NCBI GenBank assembly: GCA_043815815.1
Contig: JBDRIO010000032.1
Span: 1,350 to 65,349, forward strand
From: Candidatus Eiseniibacteriota bacterium
GTDB lineage: Bacteria > Joyebacterota > Joyebacteria > Joyebacterales > Joyebacteraceae
DNA: 64,000 nt
Direction of reading: 5' to 3'
In this document: piece by piece, positions 57,690 through 64,000 of the stretch
Position numbering within the stretch: position 1 is the stretch's first letter
How the letters are laid out: each line of letters begins with the position of its first letter
Position numbers and translations under genes: made by a program
The notes under the pieces: model-generated
What the model saw: the letters and a program-made list of their open reading frames with translations, nothing else
Told to the model about the DNA's origin: nothing
Database searches by the model: none

Positions 57690-58693
57690 GGAGAGAGACC
57701 GGCGATACCCGCCGTCCCCGGGCGGCGCGCGCTGCCCTCCTGCTCCTCCGGGCCGCCGCCCTTGCCTTCCTCCTGACGGGCGGCGCCTACACTCAGGCTC
57801 AGGAGGGTGCGGGCGACGGGTGGGCGACGCTCAGCGGAGCCGAGCTCGCCGTCCTGCATCACCCCGACGACGCGCGATACGCCGCAAGGGTCCTTCAGAT
57901 CTACGAGGACAGGGCCGATGACATCGCGGCCTCCATGGGTCTCGCTACGCTGTCGCCGATCCGCGCGCTCATAGCCTCGAGCGACGAGGAGTTCTCCGAA
58001 CTCTGCTATCACGGCGTCCCCGACTGGGGCGTCGGGTGCGCTCTCGTCGACAGGGGACTGGTCGTTCTCAAGAGCCCGCGTATCGTCGAGTACCCTCTCC
58101 AGATGGAATCGGTCGTCGAACACGAGCTGGCGCACGTCGCGGCGGGAAGGGTGCTCCGTGGAGTCGACGTTCCCCGTTGGTTCGACGAGGGAGTGGCCCA
58201 GGCGGTCGCGGGGGAGTGGCGCCTGGGACAGGCCGGCGCGCTGGCGGGCGCGGCGAAGTCCGGAGCACTTCCTCCGCTCTCCGCACTCGCCGGGCCCTTC
58301 CCCTCGACCCGGGAGTCCGCCTCTACGGCGTACGCCATGTCCTTTCAGGCGGTCCGCTTCATGATGGAGGAAGCGGGCGTGCGCTCCCCCGGGGAGCTCG
58401 TGAGCGCGGTCGCCGCCGCCGGCGACTTCGAGGCCGCCGTCTCCTCGCTCACGGGGCTCAGCGAGGCCGAGTTCGACCGCGGGTTCGCCGACTTCGTGGG
58501 CCGCCGCTTCACCTGGGGGACGCTCCTGAACGACGGACGTGCGCTCTTCACACTGGTGGCCCTCCTCTTCGTCGTGGCCATCGGCATCCGCATGAGGCGG
58601 AGCCGCGCGAAGCTGCGCGAGTGGGCGGCCGAGGAGAGGGCGGTCTCAGGGAGACGCGGAAGCGAGAGCCCGAAGGACTCCCGCTGGCGGTGA
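57686..58693 (+). CDS. membrane-anchored HExxH metallopeptidase, peptidase-MA-like
   Basis: ATG overlaps the desulfurase stop (ATGA). N-terminal signal/anchor, VEHELAHVAAG plus WFDEGVAQA (gluzincin pattern), a C-terminal TM helix (LFTLVALLFVVAIGI) and a basic tail. Confidence 0.6.
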   Translation: MRRETGDTRRPRAARAALLLLRAAALAFLLTGGAYTQAQEGAGDGWATLSGAELAVLHHPDDARYAARVLQIYEDRADDIAASMGLATLSPIRALIASSDEEFSELCYHGVPDWGVGCALVDRGLVVLKSPRIVEYPLQMESVVEHELAHVAAGRVLRGVDVPRWFDEGVAQAVAGEWRLGQAGALAGAAKSGALPPLSALAGPFPSTRESASTAYAMSFQAVRFMMEEAGVRSPGELVSAVAAAGDFEAAVSSLTGLSEAEFDRGFADFVGRRFTWGTLLNDGRALFTLVALLFVVAIGIRMRRSRAKLREWAAEERAVSGRRGSESPKDSRWR

Positions 58694-58711
58694 GGAGCGG
58701 GCCAAATCGGT

Positions 58712-58740
58712 TTGACAGCCCCAGGGGGCGCTGCTATACT
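58712..58740 (+). promoter_or_regulatory. sigma-70 type promoter for the tRNA cluster
   Basis: TTGACA (58712-58717), 17-nt spacer, TATACT (58735-58740). Ends 15 nt before the first tRNA. Confidence 0.6.
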
Positions 58741-58754
58741 GCCCGCTGGAGGCC

Positions 58755-58841
58755 GGAGGGCTAGACCTAACTGGTAAGGCAGCGGTCTTGAAAACCGCCG
58801 GGCGAAAGCCCTTGGGGGTTCGAGTCCCTCGCCCTCCGCCA
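58755..58841 (+). tRNA. tRNA-Ser (anticodon TGA)
   Basis: Acceptor GGAGGGC/GCCCTCC, anticodon stem-loop GCGGT-CTTGAAA-ACCGC, long variable arm CGGGCGAAAGCCCTT, T-arm GGGGG-TTCGAGT-CCCTC, encoded CCA. One mismatch in the D-stem. Confidence 0.8.
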
Positions 58842-58880
58842 ACGGATACCCGCATCGAGGGGATTCGGAGCACGACCCGG

Positions 58881-58970
<90 letters not shown>

Positions 58971-58977
58971 GCAATGA

Positions 58978-59054
58978 GCGCCCATAGCTCAATTGGATAG
59001 AGCGTCTGGCTACGGACCAGAAGGTTGGGGGTTCGAGTCCTCCTGGGCGTACCA
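58978..59054 (+). tRNA. tRNA-Arg (anticodon ACG)
   Basis: Acceptor GCGCCCA/TGGGCGT, D-arm GCTC-AATTGGATA-GAGC, anticodon stem-loop TCTGG-CTACGGA-CCAGA, T-loop TTCGAGT, encoded CCA. Confidence 0.9.
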
Positions 59055-59057
59055 TAT

Positions 59058-59094
59058 GGGTGCCCTCCGCCCGATGCGGGGGGCACCTTTGCTT
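59058..59094 (+). terminator. terminator hairpin after the tRNA cluster
   Basis: GGGTGCCC...GGGCACC stem with an inner CCGC/GCGG stem (59058-59087), followed by TTTGCTT. Confidence 0.5.
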
Positions 59095-59158
59095 CAGGGC
59101 CGCCGACCGCCGGCCGAGGATCACAGCGGTCGGAAGCCGCGAGCCATGGAGGCGCACC

Positions 59159-60379
59159 ATGAAGACAGGCCGGTGGTTCCTGTTCGCTGCGGTGAGCGCT
59201 CTCGTCGTGGCGTTGACGGGCTGCGCGGGAGACGGTCCGAGCGCCGCCGACAGGGCGGGCGACCTGTACCTGCAGGGGCTCTTCGAACTCTACGAAGGGC
59301 TCGCCGATGTCGACGCCGACGATGCGCCGTGGGAATGGGACGCCAACGTCGATTCCGCCCTCTCCAAGTTCGAGGAGGCCCTCGAGCACGACCCCGACCA
59401 CTGCGGCGCGCTCCTGGGGTCAGCCCTGACGCGGGTTCTCGGAGTCATCACCGACCCGGAGCTGGGGGAGATACTCCGCCGGCTCTTCCCGGCCGATCGC
59501 GGCGCGGCCCCGCGCTCTCTCTTCTGGTTCGCGGCGCCCCCCGACGTGGCGGGTCTCGCAAGACACTTCGATGAGCACAGGGACGACTTCCACTTCTCCG
59601 AGCTTCAGGAGTACGTCGAGTCGACGGCGCTCCCCAGTCTGGGAGTCGCCGACGAACGCCTCACGAGATTCGAAGAGCTCGGTTGTCAGGTCGGTCTGGT
59701 GATCGTGCTGCCCGACGCGGCCGGCGAGAAAGACCAGCTGGTGCCCGTCGAACTCGACGTCGCCGACGCTTACTTCGCCCACGCCGCGCTCGATGCGCTC
59801 GAGTCCGTGGCGCATCTCATCGCGTCGTACGACGTCGACGTCGACGACGGTCAGAGCCTTCAGACGCTCGTCGAGACCGATCCTGACTTCCTGACCCTTC
59901 GTCCCGGCGGTCACCTGCAGTCGACCTACGGTGAGATCGCGTCGGTCGGACTCCACCTGCTCGACGCGGCCGATGCCCTGGAGGCCGAGACGGACGAGCA
60001 GAGCGACGACCTCATCACGCTCCGCGACGGGTACGTGAGGCTCGAGGAACTCCTGGGGGTGGGCGCGCTGGAGACGATCAGGGATCTGGGAGAGGACATC
60101 GGCGACGCTCTCGACCAGGGACTCTCGTTCGAGCTCTCCGACCTCGAGCCGGGCGCGCCGAGCGTGACGGTCCTCGTCGATCTCGACGAACTCCTGAATG
60201 ACCCCCTCGGTGACCTCAGAGACTATCTGCCTGCCCACACGTGGCCGACGCCGGACAGCATGCGCGTGACTCGGCCCGTGACGATGCCGGACCCGGCGCT
60301 CGGAGGCGTGACGCCGGGCATGACGGACGGCGACTGGGCTAAGATAGTGGAGTGGCTGGAGAGCGGGGACCCGAGATAG
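59159..60379 (+). CDS. hypothetical acidic lipoprotein (406 aa), no recognisable domain
   Basis: MKTGRWFLFAAVSALVVALTGC lipobox. The remainder is Asp/Glu/Leu-rich and predicted helical, with no motif I recognise. Confidence 0.6.
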   Translation: MKTGRWFLFAAVSALVVALTGCAGDGPSAADRAGDLYLQGLFELYEGLADVDADDAPWEWDANVDSALSKFEEALEHDPDHCGALLGSALTRVLGVITDPELGEILRRLFPADRGAAPRSLFWFAAPPDVAGLARHFDEHRDDFHFSELQEYVESTALPSLGVADERLTRFEELGCQVGLVIVLPDAAGEKDQLVPVELDVADAYFAHAALDALESVAHLIASYDVDVDDGQSLQTLVETDPDFLTLRPGGHLQSTYGEIASVGLHLLDAADALEAETDEQSDDLITLRDGYVRLEELLGVGALETIRDLGEDIGDALDQGLSFELSDLEPGAPSVTVLVDLDELLNDPLGDLRDYLPAHTWPTPDSMRVTRPVTMPDPALGGVTPGMTDGDWAKIVEWLESGDPR

Positions 60380-60492
60380 GAGAGACGAACGGCTCTCCGG
60401 GGTAGTTTCGTTACACGACCATCGCGCGCGCACCTCTGCCGAGGAGCCGCGCTGGCCGGGCACATTCACGGCGCACGCGTGTAACAATCGGT

Positions 60493-60508
60493 CGGCACGT
60501 CGCCTGCA
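60493..60508 (+). promoter_or_regulatory. candidate sigma-54 (-24/-12) promoter upstream of the sbcD-like gene
   Basis: cGGCACGtcgccTGCA. GGCACG at 60494-60499 and TGCA at 60505-60508 have canonical spacing. Lies 64 nt upstream of the ATG at 60572. Confidence 0.4.
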
Positions 60509-60571
60509 TATGTCTATCGGGAAGGACCCAGCGCCATCAGAGGACGCATTCGGCGGGTCCGGAGGGGTCTC

Positions 60572-61714
60572 ATGCTCAAACTCGTTCACACGGCCGACGT
60601 ACACCTCGGTGCTCCGCTCGGCTGGCTGGGCGAACGGGCAGCCGTTCAGCGTGAGCAGCTCAAGCGCACGCTGACGGCCGTGGTCGATCTCGCCGTCGCC
60701 GAGAAGGCCGACTGTCTTGTCATCGCGGGCGACCTCTTCGACTCGCAGAGCCCGCCGGCGTCCGACGTGCGCTTCGCGTTCCAGGAGTGCGGACGCTTCG
60801 GCGCTGAGACGGGCGCGGCCGTCGTCATCCTCCCCGGGTCGCACGACCATCTGGGACCCACCTCGGTCTACGCGAGCTACCGGAAGGAGTTCGACCGTAC
60901 GGGCGGGGTGTCGGTCCTGGGGCTCGACGGAAGGCAGTCGGTCGACCTCGAGCGCTGCGGCCTCTCGGTCCGCGGGACGCCGCCTCTCTCCAACAGGTCG
61001 TCCACCCATCAGCTTGCCGGGCTCAGACCCGATCCGCGCTTCTCCTGGAACGTGGCCGTGGCTCACGGTTCGCTGACCACCGCTCCGGTGGCTCCGGACG
61101 ACCACCCGGTGAGCCCCGACGAGATCGCGGCGGGCGGCTGGTCGTACGTGGCGCTGGGGCACTGGCATTCGTGGCGCGACGTCAGCGTCGGTCGGACGAA
61201 GGCGATCTATCCTGGAGCCCCCGAGGTGATGGCGGTCGACCAGTCCGGCGCCGGTCACGTGGCCGTCGTCGAGCTGACGCCCGAAGGAACGAACGTCAAG
61301 AAGGTCCGTGTAGGTTCGAGAGCGGTACTCGACCTGGACGTCGACGTCACCGGGCTGCCCGGGATGTCCGCCGTGGCCGACAGAGTCCGTTCTCAGGCGG
61401 CTCCGGACGCCGACACGATACTCAGGCTCACCGTCTCCGGTCTTGCCGCGGTCGACGCGGGGCTCGACGTCGAGACTCTGTGCGACGACCTGGCTCCCGA
61501 CTACTTCCGCGTGCTCCTCGGAGGCAGGCACTACCACGTCCGCCTCGAGGAGAGCGAACTGGAGGCTCTACCTGAGCGGCTGGTCGTCGGCAGATTCGCC
61601 CGTCTCATGAAGGACCGATACGAGGCGGCGAGCGGCGACGCCGAACGCGAGGAGATCGAGGACGCCCTCCAGCTTGGCGTGGCGCTTCTTCAGGGAAAGA
61701 GCGTGCTCGGATGA
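60572..61714 (+). CDS. Mre11/SbcD-like metallophosphoesterase nuclease (YhaO/SbcF type)
   Basis: LVHTADVHLG (motif I), LVIAGDLFD (motif II), LPGSHDH (motif III), VAHG and ALGHWHS (the GH-x-H motif). Confidence 0.8.
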   Translation: MLKLVHTADVHLGAPLGWLGERAAVQREQLKRTLTAVVDLAVAEKADCLVIAGDLFDSQSPPASDVRFAFQECGRFGAETGAAVVILPGSHDHLGPTSVYASYRKEFDRTGGVSVLGLDGRQSVDLERCGLSVRGTPPLSNRSSTHQLAGLRPDPRFSWNVAVAHGSLTTAPVAPDDHPVSPDEIAAGGWSYVALGHWHSWRDVSVGRTKAIYPGAPEVMAVDQSGAGHVAVVELTPEGTNVKKVRVGSRAVLDLDVDVTGLPGMSAVADRVRSQAAPDADTILRLTVSGLAAVDAGLDVETLCDDLAPDYFRVLLGGRHYHVRLEESELEALPERLVVGRFARLMKDRYEAASGDAEREEIEDALQLGVALLQGKSVLG

Positions 61715-63870
61715 GGATCACCAGGATCCGCATGAAGAACTTCCGCTCGTTCGCCGACTTCGAGGTCAGGCTCGACCCGCGCCTCAATCTCATCGTCGGG
61801 ACGAACGAGTCCGGGAAGAGCACGGTCGTCGAGGCGCTCGCGGTCGCGCTCTTCGCGGACCCGGCGTCCAGGTCGCGCGGCGTCCGCGAACTCGAGCGGT
61901 GGGGTACCACATCGGCCACGCGGCTCGAGCTCTCGTTCGAACACGCCGGCGTCTCCTACGAGCTCATGAAGGACTTCGGAGAGGGTCGAGTCGAGCTGCG
62001 CGACATGTCGTCGGGACGCGTGATGGGAGACCGCTCCGAGGTCGACCGCCTGGTTCAGGGGATGGTCGGATTCGCGACGCGCGACGCGTTCGAGTCTGTC
62101 GCGGCCGTGCGCCAGGGCGAACTCGCCATTCTCGAAGACAAGAAGACCCGAAGGGGAGAGCTCGTTCCCCTCATCGAGCGCAAGATGACCAGTTCGAGCG
62201 GCGTCATCGACGCGGCGAGCGTCGTGGAGCGGCTTGGTAAGGAGGCCGCACGGATGCGCGCGGGCGTGGATCGGCCCGCGCCCAAGAACCCCGGCCCCCT
62301 CAGCCAGTGCCGGGAGAAGATCGAGGACTACTCCAGAAGGATCGCGGCTCATCAGGCCACGTGGGCGTCCGTCGTGCGAACGATGGGCGAGCTCTCCGGC
62401 GACAGAGAGAGTCTCGAGAAGCGCAGCGCGGAGCTCGCGAAACTCGAGAAGGCCGTCCGCACGGAGGAGAAGTCCCGCGACCTGGCGCTGCGACTCTCCG
62501 AGCTCGATGACGCCCTCGAGGAGCGCGAGGCGAAGATAGGGAAGATCAGGAAGCTCCGGAAGGACATCGAGGAGGCCTGGGAGAGGATCGGGGGCACAGC
62601 CTACGGCGAGGAGAAGCGCGCCATCGTCACCGCCAAGGCCGACCTCGACGCCTCGGAACGGCACGTGAAGGAACTCGTCGAGAGCGCGCCCGGCTGGGCC
62701 GGCGAGGGGGCTGACAGGCGGGCGGCGGTGGCCACCGGCGCAGCGGGCCTAGTGACCTTCGTGCTGCTTCTCGTCGTCGCCGCGGGGGCCTTCCCGGGCG
62801 CGCGGCTCTGGCTTCTCCTGAGCGGCGTTGCGGCGGCGGCCGGCACGGCCTTCCTGTTCCGACGGACCCTGCGCATCTGGGCGTTCTCCCGGACCCTGCG
62901 CGTCGCGGGCACCGAGAGGCACAGACGAGCGACCATACTCACCGCGTCGTTGTCGACGCTCAGCTTTCCCAACTACCTCGAGTTCGAACACAAGGTCGAG
63001 GAGTATGACCGCGCGCAGCGGGACGCGGAGAGCTCGCGCGCAGTGCTGATGGACGTCTGCGGGACGGAAGACCCCGGTCGGGTCGAGGAGGCTCTCGAGA
63101 GCGAGACGACCTCCCTGGGCAGACAGCGTCGCGTCCTGGAGGACGAGCTCAAGGAGCTGCCGACGTCCACCGCGATGGGCGAGTCGGAGCTGGCCAAGCT
63201 CAGGGCCGAGCGCGACACGCTCGGCGAGGGGGTCGCCTCTCTCACCGAGAGCATCGCCAGGCACGAGTGGGAACTCGGCAAGCGCGAGACCGAGGAGTCT
63301 CTGCCGGACCTTGAGGCGCGTCTCGAGATCGCCCGCACGGAGGAGCAGGAGCTCGAACGGCGGGTCCGCGTCCTCGATCTCGCGAGAGAGGGTCTGGACA
63401 CTGCGCTCGGCAGCACGAAGGAGGCCGCGGCCTCGGTGCTCGAGCCCATCGTCGAGCGGATCCTCGCACGCGTCACTCTCGGCCGCTACACGGACGTACA
63501 GGTTGGAAAGGACCTCGGCCTGACGGTCGGGAACGCCATTCCCTCCACCGGCGGGCCCGCGAGGGTCGAGGCCGACGACCTGTCGACCGGCACGGTCGAC
63601 CAGCTCTACCTCGCGATCAGATACGCCCTCCTGGAGTTCCTCTCCACACACGACGGAGCTCCTTTCATTCTCGACGACGCGCTGGTAAACTCCGACCCGG
63701 ACCGTCGTTCCGCCGCGCTCGAGCTTCTGCACGAGATCTCGGAGGAGCGACAGGTCATCATGCTGTCTTGCGAGAACCACGGCTTCGAGTTCGCCGACGA
63801 GGTCATCGCCCTGCCCGGCATCACCGGGAGCCGTGAACGCAGCCTGATGTCGTCCGGGGGAATCGCCTGA
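61711..63870 (+). CDS. Rad50/SbcC-like AAA ATPase with central transmembrane hairpin (YhaN/SbcE type)
   Basis: MRITRIRMKNFRSFADFEVRLDPRLNLIVGTNESGKST (Walker A), coiled-coil arms, two central TM helices (GLVTFVLLLVVAAGAF; LWLLLSGVAAAAGTAFLF), the signature LSTGTVDQLYLAIRYAL and Walker B FILDDALVNSD. The start overlaps the upstream stop. Confidence 0.8.
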   Translation: MRITRIRMKNFRSFADFEVRLDPRLNLIVGTNESGKSTVVEALAVALFADPASRSRGVRELERWGTTSATRLELSFEHAGVSYELMKDFGEGRVELRDMSSGRVMGDRSEVDRLVQGMVGFATRDAFESVAAVRQGELAILEDKKTRRGELVPLIERKMTSSSGVIDAASVVERLGKEAARMRAGVDRPAPKNPGPLSQCREKIEDYSRRIAAHQATWASVVRTMGELSGDRESLEKRSAELAKLEKAVRTEEKSRDLALRLSELDDALEEREAKIGKIRKLRKDIEEAWERIGGTAYGEEKRAIVTAKADLDASERHVKELVESAPGWAGEGADRRAAVATGAAGLVTFVLLLVVAAGAFPGARLWLLLSGVAAAAGTAFLFRRTLRIWAFSRTLRVAGTERHRRATILTASLSTLSFPNYLEFEHKVEEYDRAQRDAESSRAVLMDVCGTEDPGRVEEALESETTSLGRQRRVLEDELKELPTSTAMGESELAKLRAERDTLGEGVASLTESIARHEWELGKRETEESLPDLEARLEIARTEEQELERRVRVLDLAREGLDTALGSTKEAAASVLEPIVERILARVTLGRYTDVQVGKDLGLTVGNAIPSTGGPARVEADDLSTGTVDQLYLAIRYALLEFLSTHDGAPFILDDALVNSDPDRRSAALELLHEISEERQVIMLSCENHGFEFADEVIALPGITGSRERSLMSSGGIA

Positions 63871-63937
63871 TCCCCCTTCGGTAGACACCTGCTCACCTTG
63901 CCCGCTCGAGAACGAGCAGGGGAGGAGTCGATTGGGC

Positions 63938-64000
63938 GTGGAGGCATGTCCCCGCTGCGGCGGCAAGGCGCGCGTGGAGAGTGACAGCCGGTCGAACGAC
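63938..64000 (+). CDS. possible start of a zinc-ribbon protein (truncated by window end)
   Basis: GTG 10 nt after GGAGGAG. Reads VEACPRCGGKARVESDSRSND, with one CxxC. Too short to assess. Confidence 0.3.
   Translation, partial: MEACPRCGGKARVESDSRSND

Noticed and set aside
58755-58841. A long-variable-arm tRNA next to a UGA-related anticodon loop, considered as a possible tRNA-Sec.
   Set aside because: The anticodon reads TGA (decoding UCA Ser), not TCA. The acceptor stem is a standard 7 bp and the variable arm is of Ser type.

Overview
GC-rich chromosomal core segment of a diderm (LPS-producing) bacterium; G+C is roughly two thirds by eye, not computed. It is densely packed with about 60 mostly co-directional housekeeping genes, many with overlapping stop/start codons. 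In order:

- acs 3-prime end, an OFA-type MFS transporter, rplU-rpmA and an MBL-fold hydrolase.
- A Kdo/LPS-export block (kdsB-pyrG-kdsA-kdsC-kdsD-lptC-lptB) running into rpoN.
- An orphan lipoyl-domain gene plus lipA, then hpf and hprK.
- A complete mannose-family PTS (EIIA, EIIB, EIIC, EIID, HPr, EI) interrupted by a GH57 4-alpha-glucanotransferase.
- PGI/PMI, a sugar-1-P nucleotidyltransferase, metK-ahcY, and lptG/lptF on the minus strand.
- A 2166-aa SprA-like giant outer-membrane protein, translationally coupled to a glutaminyl-cyclase-like M28 lipoprotein.
- The rimP-nusA-infB-DUF503-rbfA-nrnA-truB-ribF-rpsO-pnp-dut block.
- A UbiA prenyltransferase, a Trk/Ktr potassium uptake pair, asnS, glnA (minus strand), a cyclophilin lipoprotein and two TPR proteins.
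- A cysteine desulfurase, an HExxH membrane peptidase, a tRNA-Ser/Ser/Arg cluster and an orphan acidic lipoprotein.
- A membrane-anchored SbcD/SbcC-like (YhaO/YhaN type) pair.

I found no transposase, integrase, CRISPR array, cas gene or recognisable phage-defence cassette, so most of the window is ordinary core genome. The items I think deserve a second look are:

- the sprA-like/QC-like coupled pair;
- the PTS operon with the embedded GH57 enzyme;
- two intergenic tandem-repeat arrays (4 x 21 bp at the EIID/ptsH junction; 8 x 19-20 bp upstream of rimP, with a sigma-54-promoter-like core);
- two well-spaced sigma-54-type -24/-12 elements in front of the lptC-lptB-rpoN and sbcD-like operons;
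- a GcvH-like mini lipoyl domain with an unusual insertion next to lipA.

All functional calls come from motif recognition by eye. No database search was run.
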